The notes: generated by a model from the sequence alone, not told the origin. A stretch of DNA of 64,000 bases from Methanobacteriota archaeon (GCA_004195715.1 PSPX01000002.1:29937-93936); one strand, 5' to 3'; numbered from the stretch's first letter, positions 27,951 to 37,332 are shown. A program made the numbers and translations.

Positions 27951-29761
27951 GTTGAGAGAATCAGCGAGACGTCGTCAGCATAGGCATCGTTGTAGCCATA
28001 CTCCAGATATGCGTTCAACGTGACTCGGATCCAAGCAGAATCCGCTGGGACCTGTCCAATCACGCCGTGAAGGTGGATTCCGGTCGTGTAGTTGCGGTCG
28101 GCCGCGTAGACAGGCCCGATTCCCCCCGAGAGGAGGAGGTTGCCGGAAGAATCGAAGAATTCGACGAGCACCTCCATGCAGTCATTCTGACTCAAATAAC
28201 CCCCAATGTATGCCGTGAGCGAGTAGGTCAGATTGCCCCAACCAATCTCCTCTGCGATTCCGGTGAGGTCGATCTCCTGGTGCATCGTTGAGTTTCCATC
28301 TCCAGATCCCCCGCCGAAGTAGTTCGACCCCCCGTCGGCCGGCCCCGGATCGGTCTTCTGCAGGTAATCCCAGACATCGTAGATCCAAGTCGTCATCGTT
28401 CCGTTATCGACCCATCCCGGCACAGATGCGTCGAAGCCGGGAGTCATCCCGCGCTCGAGCTCGCCGTCGCCATTGAAGACCAGATTAACTCCCAGTTCGG
28501 CGTCCGGCGGCCCGGTCGGCTCCAAGCCAACGGCTCGTCCGTCCAAATCCCATTCGGGCCTCACCTCCACCCCCATGTGGTGCAGTGCCGTGGGCACGAT
28601 GTCAACCGCATCAGGGGCTGGCCAGATTGGACCTGGGGACTCGGCACCCCAGATGATCAACGGAACCTCTCTATGCTCAGGGATGTTGTACCCGTGGCCA
28701 TATCCGGACCCAGCGTGGTCCGTGGAGAGGATCACCATCCAGTCTTCCTCGGCGTAGTTGGTCCGAGCGAATATCGCATCCATTATCGTGCCAAGCCACG
28801 CATCGCTCTGGTTCATGGCTGCGACATACTGGGGAATCAAGGGGTGGTAGCCGTAGCCGTGTCCTGCTGCGTCCGGGGCGTCGATAACTATCGTCACCGC
28901 GTCCATCTGCTGGTTAGCAAGGTCAGTGGCGAGCTGTGTTGCGATCAAATTGTCGCTCCCTGTAACGTACATGTCCACGCAGTAGCCGCACACCGAGAAA
29001 TCGAGAGCAGTATTGGCCATCGGAAGCCAGTTGTGGTACGCTGCCGTATGCATCTCCGGTCGTTCGTACTTCAGGAGGTTGAACCAGTATGGGTATTCCT
29101 GATAGTTCGCATCACCGAAGCTGTTGCCATGCACGTTGTGCTTATCCCTGTGGACACCAGTCAGGAAGCTGGAGTGCCCTGATCCACTGATGGTCGTATC
29201 CTCTACTCTTGCTTCCATCGAGTAGGCGCTGTCTTGCATCATCATGTCGATGGTCGGGGTGTGCGCCGCAGCGATGACATCGGGCCTCCAACCGTCTAGC
29301 AGCACCATCAGAACATGGGGCTGGATATACCTGCAGGAGCCGTTATCGGTGTCGGCTGTCGCATTGAAGTTCAGGGCAGAAGAATTCGTGCAACCCAAGA
29401 CTGGGTCGGGAGGGTACTCGCAAGAGCCGTCGTCTACTGTGGCGGCCTCGTCGTAGTTGGTGGCCCCCTCGTACGTGCACCCAGGAGTCTCCTCGGGCGG
29501 TTCGGGGTACTCACAGGAGCCGTCGTCTACTGTGGCGGCCTCGTTGTAGTTGGTGGCCCCCTCGTACGTGCACCCAGGAGTCTCCTCGGGCGGTTCGGGG
29601 TACTCACAGGAGCCGTCGTCAGTTACGGCCGACTCGTTGAAATTGAGCGCATCCGAATAGGTGCATCCGGAAGCGATTTCGGTGCCATCCGGGGGAGAGG
29701 TGCAACCGGCCAGAGAAGCGGAGAGAATTAGGAGCACAGCAAGATAGCTCAGGCGGCGCAT
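27941..29761 (-). CDS. Lipoprotein: four Cys-rich GCT...DGSC repeats, alkaline phosphatase/NPP-superfamily domain, C-terminal jelly-roll-like domain
   Basis: Lipobox LAGC; metal and nucleophile motifs LLDGWRPD, TISGSGHSSFLTG, DAPDAAGH, STDHAG. Confidence 0.82.
   Translation of the reverse strand: MRRLSYLAVLLILSASLAGCTSPPDGTEIASGCTYSDALNFNESAVTDDGSCEYPEPPEETPGCTYEGATNYNEAATVDDGSCEYPEPPEETPGCTYEGATNYDEAATVDDGSCEYPPDPVLGCTNSSALNFNATADTDNGSCRYIQPHVLMVLLDGWRPDVIAAAHTPTIDMMMQDSAYSMEARVEDTTISGSGHSSFLTGVHRDKHNVHGNSFGDANYQEYPYWFNLLKYERPEMHTAAYHNWLPMANTALDFSVCGYCVDMYVTGSDNLIATQLATDLANQQMDAVTIVIDAPDAAGHGYGYHPLIPQYVAAMNQSDAWLGTIMDAIFARTNYAEEDWMVILSTDHAGSGYGHGYNIPEHREVPLIIWGAESPGPIWPAPDAVDIVPTALHHMGVEVRPEWDLDGRAVGLEPTGPPDAELGVNLVFNGDGELERGMTPGFDASVPGWVDNGTMTTWIYDVWDYLQKTDPGPADGGSNYFGGGSGDGNSTMHQEIDLTGIAEEIGWGNLTYSLTAYIGGYLSQNDCMEVLVEFFDSSGNLLLSGGIGPVYAADRNYTTGIHLHGVIGQVPADSAWIRVTLNAYLEYGYNDAYADDVSLILSTQT
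29412..29620. repeat. 93-bp tandem duplication (about 2.2 copies) encoding 31-aa Cys-rich units
   Basis: GTCGTC anchor recurs at 29429, 29522 and 29615; only 3 mismatches found between aligned copies. Confidence 0.92.
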
Positions 29762-29816
29762 GCCCAGTCGTTAGACGGCGGACGTAAAATACAATGCAAT
29801 AAGCGATTGACTCGAG

Positions 29817-30038
29817 TCAACCGCCAGATGAGACCACAATCAATTCCAGACTGACATCGGACTCTATTCGAGATGTGTGAGGTACTATTGTATCGTCGTG
29901 AACCGCGAGAACGGTAGACGAAGGTATGCCTAGTTTCTCTAGTAACTCCGATATGGCGATAGGTCCTTCGGATTCGATCGAGAGTACTTCTCCGTCGTGG
30001 CTGACCTCGATTCGCACAGCCCTTGCGTGTCGGGTCAT
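29817..30038 (-). CDS. ThiS/MoaD (SAMP2-like) ubiquitin-like protein
   Basis: ISELLEKLGIPSSTVLAVHDDTIVP...LIVVSSGG with C-terminal GG. The longer ORF-track start lies in the antisense of the tRNA. Confidence 0.8.
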   Translation of the reverse strand: MTRHARAVRIEVSHDGEVLSIESEGPIAISELLEKLGIPSSTVLAVHDDTIVPHTSRIESDVSLELIVVSSGG

Positions 30039-30071
30039 GCTTATCTCTAATCCGTAGGTGGCCGGACCGCT

Positions 30072-30157
30072 GCCGAGATCGCATAGCCCGGTATTGCGGT
30101 GGATTCGAAATCCACTGTCCATTGGACGCGGGGGTTCAAATCCCTCTCTCGGCGCCA
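30072..30157 (+). tRNA. tRNA-Ser(CGA), CCA encoded
   Basis: Acceptor GCCGAGA/TCTCGGC, anticodon arm GTGGA-TTCGAAA-TCCAC, long variable arm GTCC-ATT-GGAC, G discriminator. Confidence 0.95.
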
Positions 30158-31999
30158 TTAGAAATCTGGCACTTCAGAGGCTTTTCGGAGTATGACGAGC
30201 CGTCCACCGGGGCCAATCCTGACCTGCGGCTGCCCATTGAATTCACCAATCTCTCCATTCAACACCGCTATCTCGTCACCCCTCGCCACCCCTGCTGCAG
30301 CTAGGGGGATGAACTGCCTGAACGCCACCACTCCGGCAGAGCCTGTCTGATCCATCATCGTTACCGACCACCTAGTCACTCCTGCTCCATCCGGGAATGC
30401 GTTTATCGACCAAACTCTGCCAATAGCGTTGATTTTGGTCTCTATGTCCACGATGGGAGCGGAGTCGGACTCGTCTGTGATTGCGACTGAGGTCTTCTCG
30501 TCGAGATCGAGGACGACCTCGCCCTTCCACACCGATGCCATAGCGTTCTCGATGCGTACCCTGCTGCCGTTGGTAATTGAGCGGGTCACCTCTCTCGGAG
30601 TGCCGTAGCGCGAGGTTTGGACCTTGGCGCGGTCGTAGCCCTCCTGTAACATGAAAGAGAGTTCTACTGAGCCGTCTTTTGCTAGGTTAGGCCCGCGCAA
30701 ACCTGAAACTTCTCCGACGACTTTTACACGGGTCACTATCTCTCCGATTGGGGTGACGGGCCAGCGGTGACCGAAGCGCTCTATGCTGCGCTCAAGGGGG
30801 AGTTCGAGTTCGTGATTGCTGCCCTCACATACACCTCGCAACTGACAGCGTTTGCAACGGGCTCTCGGGTCGGGGTCGACTGGGGTCTTGGAAGGCACAC
30901 CTCCCTCGTCGAAGTATCGCAGTGGTGCCGGGTCGGGCTGGCACTCATCAATCGAGGGGTTACGAGCGTGGATAGTCTGATACAACTCCTCGAGCTCATC
31001 GCTGAGAGTCTGCATTTCCTCCGGATTCGGCCTAGGGACATCCTTAACTGAACCAGTTCCGAGATACCAGATCTCCAGCGCCTCGACCTCATCGGCTCTT
31101 CCATGTGTCTCCCACCACAGCCAGCAGTACAGGCGCAGTTGGTCGATATAGCCACCTGAGCGGTCGCCCCTTCCTATCGAAGCCTTGAGGTCAATAATCC
31201 TGATGGCTCCTGTCCAATAGTACACCATATCGTACTCTCCCTGGAACCACTCTTCGGGATGTGAAGTGGTCTGCTTCCACTGCCCAGCATCAGGGTCAAC
31301 GAACCATGGCCGGGCTACCTCCCATGCCTCACACCAAGTGATGTCTCCAGAGTCGATTGCGGCAGGGTGCCTCTCAATCCAAGTTCGTGGGAAGCCATCT
31401 GGGGCAGGCCAATGACCCCTGATTCCACCTGCGCGCCACTGTGGAAACCTTGGACCGCCTCCGGCATCTAAGCAGGCTTCGACCTGGTCGAGGTGCATCC
31501 TGATACCAGCCCGTGTCATCTCAAGAGCTTCTTCGGGATCAGCATCAGCAACCGAGCCAGAGTGGTTGGGAGATGATTTCCAATCTGCGACAGCCGCCTC
31601 CCAGCAGACATCGAAATGAACCTTGACTCGGGCCAGTGCCCAAGCCTCAAGGGACTGTCTGTCGGTGGGCCACTGCTCCCGGGGTAACTCGGACATGGCA
31701 GGGCAGGGCCATGCATTCTGATTGTCATAGTCAAGTGAGCCGTCATCGAGCAAAGGAGATGTCATTTCGTCGGCTGAGTCGGCTGAAACTAGAACTGGAG
31801 AGTCCCTGAGAACACGACAGACGCATTCCTCTGCAGCGTTACCGCGGATAATCTGAGGCGGTAGGGGGCTCTTCAACCGCTCTATGTAGGTGTAGTACCA
31901 GAGCCTGTTGCAGGACTTCCAAGTGATGACCTGAGAGGCTGAGAGCCTGCGGAACGGATTGACTCCAACAGCCTGAGGGTCTCCGATTCTAACTGGCAT
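30158..31999 (-). CDS. PD-(D/E)XK (Cas4/AddB-like) nuclease with Fe-S staple cysteines and C-terminal OB folds
   Basis: LSASQVITWKSC; GEYD...IIDLKAS...QLRLY; CKRCQLRGVC; two OB-like beta-rich segments. Confidence 0.75.
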   Translation of the reverse strand: MPVRIGDPQAVGVNPFRRLSASQVITWKSCNRLWYYTYIERLKSPLPPQIIRGNAAEECVCRVLRDSPVLVSADSADEMTSPLLDDGSLDYDNQNAWPCPAMSELPREQWPTDRQSLEAWALARVKVHFDVCWEAAVADWKSSPNHSGSVADADPEEALEMTRAGIRMHLDQVEACLDAGGGPRFPQWRAGGIRGHWPAPDGFPRTWIERHPAAIDSGDITWCEAWEVARPWFVDPDAGQWKQTTSHPEEWFQGEYDMVYYWTGAIRIIDLKASIGRGDRSGGYIDQLRLYCWLWWETHGRADEVEALEIWYLGTGSVKDVPRPNPEEMQTLSDELEELYQTIHARNPSIDECQPDPAPLRYFDEGGVPSKTPVDPDPRARCKRCQLRGVCEGSNHELELPLERSIERFGHRWPVTPIGEIVTRVKVVGEVSGLRGPNLAKDGSVELSFMLQEGYDRAKVQTSRYGTPREVTRSITNGSRVRIENAMASVWKGEVVLDLDEKTSVAITDESDSAPIVDIETKINAIGRVWSINAFPDGAGVTRWSVTMMDQTGSAGVVAFRQFIPLAAAGVARGDEIAVLNGEIGEFNGQPQVRIGPGGRLVILRKASEVPDF

Positions 32000-32049
32000 A
32001 ACAGGTAACGAAAGTCGAGGCTCTATGAACCCAACGAGAAGGGCTTGCT

Positions 32050-33192
32050 CTATCTATTGTCATTGAGCCAAACCACCGTGACCTCCATTCTCTCAAAGGT
32101 TGGTGTGACTTCCACCATGGCGACTGGAGTGTCGACGTGCTCGGCTATCGACTCAGCCACGACGAGTGGGATTTCGATGCGCTGGTTATCGGAATCCCAC
32201 AGCATGAACCTGTGCGGCAGGTCGGTCTGCTCGGCTATCTCCTCTATCCACGATTCCTGATCTCTCTCGGTAGCGTATACGGCACCGAACATCAGCGTCG
32301 AGTCCTCAGTCAGCGTCTCGTGAGGTGCTATGGTCGCTTCGCCACGACGCTGGAACCTCCTTCGCAACTGCCCGGCGTCCTTGTAGACGGCGGTGCAGAA
32401 CTTCAGGTGGTAGCCATACGGGTCTCGCGTCTCTCCATCGGTTGGGTCAGGGAGACCGCTCGCTGCGGCATTTACGCGATTACGCAGAATATGCGCCAGT
32501 TCGGCTGAACCAGCAGCGCCAGCGGTTATCTCAGTTGACAGGTTGAATCCGCGCAACTCCATGTTGTCGATGTTGCCAACGGTGATTTCAAGCTCGTTGA
32601 GATTGATGAAGTCTACATCGAAGTCTCGTAGGGCCTCCAGCAGTTCTAGCAGTTCGGATTCCTTGTCGGGCTCGCATGGCAGTTCGACGCCGGTGAGGAT
32701 ACTGGCAGAAGAGCAGGCTGCTATGGTTTCACGGTACTGCTCGGCTTCGAGGTCGAGGAAGTGGAAGCGTATCTCATCAAGGCCCGCCTCGGCGAACTCG
32801 GATGCCCACTCCGAACGGAATGGGATGCTGGTGTACATGTGTAGATGGAAATCCGTGCCGAACTCGGCCTTTAGACGCCTGATTCCCTCAAGTGTCCTCT
32901 CGCGTGCCATCAGCGGATCACCCCCGGTGATTCCTGCGCCTGTGGCGCGCATAGCCCTCGCCTCCTCGATTACCTCATCGAAACTCTCGCATCGCCGTTC
33001 GTTGGCGAACATGTGGTCGATGTCGCGTCGGGTCTCGGAGAGTGGGCAGTAATCACAGCGCCAGTGACAGTTACCTGTGATAAACAGCACCAGTTTGCTT
33101 CCCATCTGGCACTGTATACACCCCTCTGTGTCAGCCTCCTCGGGAGGTTCATGCAACTCGGGCACCTGTGGCAGGCCAACTATGATGCTCAT
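32050..33192 (-). CDS. Archaeal radical SAM protein (COG2108-like, PFL-activase related)
   Basis: GCIQC...LVLFITGNCHWRCDYCPLS (CxxxCxxC), GITGGDP, EIRFH, NLNELE. Confidence 0.85.
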   Translation of the reverse strand: MSIIVGLPQVPELHEPPEEADTEGCIQCQMGSKLVLFITGNCHWRCDYCPLSETRRDIDHMFANERRCESFDEVIEEARAMRATGAGITGGDPLMARERTLEGIRRLKAEFGTDFHLHMYTSIPFRSEWASEFAEAGLDEIRFHFLDLEAEQYRETIAACSSASILTGVELPCEPDKESELLELLEALRDFDVDFINLNELEITVGNIDNMELRGFNLSTEITAGAAGSAELAHILRNRVNAAASGLPDPTDGETRDPYGYHLKFCTAVYKDAGQLRRRFQRRGEATIAPHETLTEDSTLMFGAVYATERDQESWIEEIAEQTDLPHRFMLWDSDNQRIEIPLVVAESIAEHVDTPVAMVEVTPTFERMEVTVVWLNDNR

Positions 33193-33809
33193 GTCGCAGC
33201 ACCTGTCGCGGTCTCAAGCAACCAACGGTGGAAGCCTGTGTCAGATGAGAGTTCAGGGTGGAAGGTCAGGGCGAGTCTGTTACCGGTCCTCACGCCAACC
33301 ACCTCCTCTCCGTGCAGTGCGGCCACAGATGAGGACTCGCTGTGCGATGCGAACCGAGGTGCCCGGATGAACACACCGGGGAAATCGCGCCCTAGGATAG
33401 TGGCCTTGAGTGGACTCTGGAATGAATCGGACTGTCGACCGTACGCGTTACGATCGATGTTTGCGCCGATTAGTGGATCGCCGCCATCCTGCGGGTCGGC
33501 CAGTAGAATCGCGCCCGCGCAGGTGCCAAGCACAGGGAGCGATGAGTCAGATCGAATCCATTCGAATAGAGCGGGCAGGAGCCCTGATGCCTCGTGGTTA
33601 CCAGTCAGTCGCATGGTCGTCGACTCCCCTCCTGGCAGCACGATGGCGTGAGGATCTGCTGCGGCCAAATCGGAGGCCTTGCGTAGCTCGTGGACCTCAA
33701 TCTCGATATTGCACTCTTCGGCGGCCCGCTGGAGCGCTGCAATGTGGACGTGGCGGGCGCCTTGCAGCATGACGAGACCTATGCGAAGCACGGCTGTCCG
33801 TCCGGCCAT
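33189..33809 (-). CDS. pdxT: PLP synthase glutaminase subunit
   Basis: LQGA-like MLQGA, LPGGESTT, GTCAGAIL, RNAYGRQ, FIRAP, TFHPEL. Confidence 0.93.
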   Translation of the reverse strand: MAGRTAVLRIGLVMLQGARHVHIAALQRAAEECNIEIEVHELRKASDLAAADPHAIVLPGGESTTMRLTGNHEASGLLPALFEWIRSDSSLPVLGTCAGAILLADPQDGGDPLIGANIDRNAYGRQSDSFQSPLKATILGRDFPGVFIRAPRFASHSESSSVAALHGEEVVGVRTGNRLALTFHPELSSDTGFHRWLLETATGAAT

Positions 33810-33872
33810 CCGAAAATGAACCCTATCGTAGGCTCCGATGGGCTGAAAGGTCGGAAGCGGGCGCGTCGGAGT

Positions 33873-34964
33873 GTGCAACCTGTAGGTCGCATCCACAACT
33901 TCGGCGCCGGACCGGCTGTACTGCCACTGGAAGTAGTTGAGGAGGTTGCGGCGACGCTGCCCAACCTCGGCGAGAGTGGTTTCGGGCTACTTGAGGTGTC
34001 TCATCGCAGTCCGACCTTCCAGAGCGTAATCGACTCGGCTGTGGAACGAATCAGGAGAGTCCTATCTGTTCCAGATGACTACGAGGTGCTGTTCCTGCAG
34101 GGAGGTGCCTCAACTCAATTCTACATGACTGCCCTGAATCTACTCAAAGAGGGAGAGAAGGCGGATTTCCTAGTTACTGGTGGTTGGTCGCAGAAGGCTC
34201 TCAAGGAGGCCAGCAGAGTAGGCGATGCATTTGCAGTTTGGGATGACTCTGAGAACGGTTTCAAATCAGTCCCGCAGGATGGAGACTACACGATTCGCGA
34301 GGATGCGTCCTACATCCACTATACCTCTAACAATACCCTGTACGGCACCCAATTCCACCACCTGCCTGACAGTGGGGGCAAACCGAGGGTGGTCGATGCC
34401 AGCTCGGACATTTGCGGCGTTCCAATTGATGTCTCCGCTCACGATGTCATCTATGCAGGCGCGCAGAAGAACCTCGGTCCGAGTGGCGTGACTCTGGTGA
34501 TTCTCTCGCCGTGGGCATTGACCAGAGCCAAGCAGGGCATCCCTACGATGCTCGACTACCGCACCCACGTCTCCAAGGGTTCGATGTTCAACACCCCCAA
34601 CACCTTCGGCATCTACGTGCTCGACCGGGTTTTCGCTTGGATTGAGCGCAACGGTGGGCTCGATGGCGCCATCGAGCGAAACCGCACCAAGGCTGCTCTC
34701 CTCTACGGAGAGCTCGACCGGAGTGATTTCTGGCGTCCGCACGCGCATGGCGGCTCGCGCTCGATGATGAATGTCACATGGCGTCTGGCCAATGAGGATC
34801 TCGAGGGAGTCTTCCTAACAGAGGCCGCAGCAGCAGGATTCGGCGGACTGAAGGGGCATCGCAGCGTCGGCGGCATACGTGCCAGCATGTACAATGGGTG
34901 CCCGATTGGGAGCGTCGTGGCCCTAGTTGGTTTCATGCGTGACTTCGAGTCGCAGCACGGTTGA
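33873..34964 (+). CDS. serC: Phosphoserine aminotransferase (bacterial type)
   Basis: HNFGAGPA, SHRS, LFLQGGA, NNTLYG, DASS, YAGAQKNLGPSG, NTP, KGHRSVGGIRAS. GTG 33873 is the likely start. Confidence 0.93.
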   Translation: MQPVGRIHNFGAGPAVLPLEVVEEVAATLPNLGESGFGLLEVSHRSPTFQSVIDSAVERIRRVLSVPDDYEVLFLQGGASTQFYMTALNLLKEGEKADFLVTGGWSQKALKEASRVGDAFAVWDDSENGFKSVPQDGDYTIREDASYIHYTSNNTLYGTQFHHLPDSGGKPRVVDASSDICGVPIDVSAHDVIYAGAQKNLGPSGVTLVILSPWALTRAKQGIPTMLDYRTHVSKGSMFNTPNTFGIYVLDRVFAWIERNGGLDGAIERNRTKAALLYGELDRSDFWRPHAHGGSRSMMNVTWRLANEDLEGVFLTEAAAAGFGGLKGHRSVGGIRASMYNGCPIGSVVALVGFMRDFESQHG

Positions 34965-34969
34965 GTGAT

Positions 34970-35674
34970 ATGATGGACGCGAGGGGCGTGCTCGATCTAC
35001 TCGACCTCACACTGCTCGACCACGATGCCAGCGAAGTCGACCTCGATATACTATGTGAGAATGCCAATGAGCACTTTCCTGCAGCGATTTGCGTCTTCAC
35101 TGAGCACGTCGCTTATGTCAAGAGTCGGCTGAACGATGGAATACCTGTGGCTGCCGTAGCCGCTGGCTTCCCTGTCGGAGAGAGTGATTCCACTGCTGCG
35201 TCCGAGGCCATCCGTGCAGCAGTACAGGTCGGGGCAGACGAGATTGATTGCGTCCTAGAGCCGCGCGAGGACGAGGATTTTCCTGGAGAGCCTGAACTGG
35301 CGATGCTGATTGCTATGCGCGAGGCTTCGGCAGGCTGCGTCCTAAAGGTCATCATCGAGACTCCTTTGCTCGATGAGCGCAGTATGCGCGCCTCCGCTCG
35401 GATGACGCTGGCAGTAGGGGCGGATTTCGTCAAGAGTTGTACAGGCAAGCGAGGGGGGTGCAGCAACGAGGCGGCTGAGATTCTGGCATTCGAGGTCATG
35501 AGGCATGGCATCACCATGGGCAGCCACCCAGGAGTCAAGTTATCGGGAGGGATAAGCACCCTCGAAGACGTAGAGCGCCTGCTTAAACTGGTCAACTCTG
35601 AGGACCCGAGCATCAAGGGGCCTGAGCGACTGAGAATTGGCGCATCGACGTTGCTCGATGAACTCATAGAATGA
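34970..35674 (+). CDS. deoC: Deoxyribose-phosphate aldolase
   Basis: DLTLL, AAGFPVG, GADEID, KVIIET, FVKSCTG, VKLSGGI, RIGAS. Confidence 0.85.
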   Translation: MMDARGVLDLLDLTLLDHDASEVDLDILCENANEHFPAAICVFTEHVAYVKSRLNDGIPVAAVAAGFPVGESDSTAASEAIRAAVQVGADEIDCVLEPREDEDFPGEPELAMLIAMREASAGCVLKVIIETPLLDERSMRASARMTLAVGADFVKSCTGKRGGCSNEAAEILAFEVMRHGITMGSHPGVKLSGGISTLEDVERLLKLVNSEDPSIKGPERLRIGASTLLDELIE

Positions 35675-35750
35675 TGGTGGGCTCGGCAGGAATTGAACCT
35701 GCGATCTTCGCCATGTGAAGGCGACGTCATAACCCCTAGACCACGAGCCC
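35675..35750 (-). tRNA. tRNA-Val(CAC), CCA encoded
   Basis: 76-nt cloverleaf with anticodon arm TCGCC-TTCACAT-GGCGA; near-identical to the Val(TAC) gene. Confidence 0.95.
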
Positions 35751-35849
35751 GCGCTCCACAGCCGGCCATGAGTCGGCAATAAGCGTGATGACTCGTCTCA
35801 AGAGCACAACTCCCGCCGGAATCAAAAGTCGACCCTAATTCGGTGTTCC

Positions 35850-37295
35850 ATGGTAGCAGGCCTAGACTTCGATGTTCTGCACCAGAAAGAGACTTGGCAG
35901 GCATTTGGTGTTGGCCTTGTCTTGTTCTGCATCATAGGATATTCATCCCTGACACTATTTGGCCTCTCGGCATCTGCGTATGGGGTGTCTGACGACATCG
36001 AGCTGGTGCCTGACTTTGAGGTTTCTACGATGAATCGGACAGGAATCGATGATGCAATCGCCGACGATTCGGGAATGGTTCGTCTTTCCGATCTACGCGG
36101 AAGCGTGGTCATTCTGGACTTCATGGCGGTGGACTGCTCGAATTGCCACTACGTCCAGACACATATAGACCAGAATCTCGAGGGTTGGCGGGCTCTCAAT
36201 GGGCCATACGAGGTATTGGTCCTGTCAATTGGCTCCTGGTATGGCTACGAGACCTTTGAAGACATCAACGAGACCTTTGGGGAATCAGGCTCAGACAAGC
36301 ACATGCCGTGGCCGGTCGCCAACGGTGGGACCGATGTCATAATCCTCGAGAATGGCGACACAGGTGACCTAGTCGAGTACTATTCGGCCCAAGCCATCCC
36401 GCTGGTGATTGTGGTCGACCATGAAGGGTACGTCGTCGCCAAGGAGAACACTGGGACGCCTCTCGATGGTTGGTCATCCTTCGACTCGGCTATTGCAAGC
36501 GCCAATGCTGGCGGGGCCAGTGACCTCCGATTCGGCATTGAGAAGGCTGATCGATCGCTCTCCGGAGTCTTCGTGATTGGCCTGTTCTTGGGCGTACTGG
36601 TCTACTTCTCTCCCTGTGCCTTCCCAGTACTACCCTCTTACATCGCTTACTACCTCAACCTCGGGATGAGAGAGGACGAACTGCAAGAGGCTGGAAAGCT
36701 CTCTGGCAGCATGCCCAAGGCCTTCGAGGTCGGTGGCTATGCTGCTCTGGGCCAACTAACCTTCTTTGGTGCGGTCGGAACTGTCATCTTCGGACTTGAC
36801 GGAATCATTAATCTCTCGGGAGTGCTGCATGACATCGCAATTGGTATCGCATTGCTGTTGGTAATCCTCGGGGTACTCATGCTACTCGGCTGGACCTCGC
36901 ACTTGCTGAACTGGGTCCAAGGTGTGCTCGACCGCTATCAGACCACGGAGATGGATGAGCAATTCACACCTAGACGCAACATGTATCTGTGGGGCATAGG
37001 CTACAGTGCGGCCTCGGTAGATTGCACCGCTGCGGCGGTCTTCCCGTTCGTCGCTTGGCTCGCTGTAGTCGGCAACGGTGCCTTCGCGTTCGGGATGGCA
37101 GGGCTCATCCTTTCAGTCACTATGCTGATGATAGCCGTGACAGTGCTAGTCGGCCTCGGACGGCAGTCGATGCTCGACTTCCTAAGACGCTCTACAGGGA
37201 TAGTCAAGGCCACTGGTGCGTGGATGATGATGTTCGCTGGAATTGGCCTGCTCGCCTACCTGACACAACCCGAAATCGTGGCAGGTTTGCTCTGA
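35850..37295 (+). CDS. Fusion of TlpA/redoxin domain and CcdA/DsbD transmembrane domain
   Basis: LSDLRGSVVILDFMAVDCSNC (CxxC); then FSPCAFPVLPSY and a second TM Cys in SVDCTAAA. Confidence 0.8.
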   Translation: MVAGLDFDVLHQKETWQAFGVGLVLFCIIGYSSLTLFGLSASAYGVSDDIELVPDFEVSTMNRTGIDDAIADDSGMVRLSDLRGSVVILDFMAVDCSNCHYVQTHIDQNLEGWRALNGPYEVLVLSIGSWYGYETFEDINETFGESGSDKHMPWPVANGGTDVIILENGDTGDLVEYYSAQAIPLVIVVDHEGYVVAKENTGTPLDGWSSFDSAIASANAGGASDLRFGIEKADRSLSGVFVIGLFLGVLVYFSPCAFPVLPSYIAYYLNLGMREDELQEAGKLSGSMPKAFEVGGYAALGQLTFFGAVGTVIFGLDGIINLSGVLHDIAIGIALLLVILGVLMLLGWTSHLLNWVQGVLDRYQTTEMDEQFTPRRNMYLWGIGYSAASVDCTAAAVFPFVAWLAVVGNGAFAFGMAGLILSVTMLMIAVTVLVGLGRQSMLDFLRRSTGIVKATGAWMMMFAGIGLLAYLTQPEIVAGLL

Positions 37296-37332
37296 GCAGA
37301 AGTCAAGTACCATCAGCGATGCGCGCGAATCA

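Noticed and set aside
29412-29620. Possible CRISPR array near a Cas4-like gene
   Set aside because: The repeat is contiguous with no unique spacers, is in frame (93 bp) and lies inside a CDS. No cas1/cas2 gene is present.
29817-30158. 113-aa ORF starting MAPREGFEPP
   Set aside because: The first 40 codons are the antisense reading of tRNA-Ser. Only 29817-30038 (SAMP-like) is a plausible gene.
30072-31999. tRNA-Ser (or tRNA-Val) as an integration site for a mobile element
   Set aside because: No integrase or transposase is present, and I saw no duplicated tRNA 3' end. The flanking genes look like core genes.
5893-34964. SerB-like, SerK-like and SerC genes as one serine-pathway cluster
   Set aside because: They are kilobases apart in unrelated operons, and the HAD substrate cannot be assigned from motifs.
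35113-35904. 263-aa minus-strand ORF
   Set aside because: Runs antisense to deoC and through tRNA-Val(CAC). Ser-rich with no motif, so a shadow ORF.
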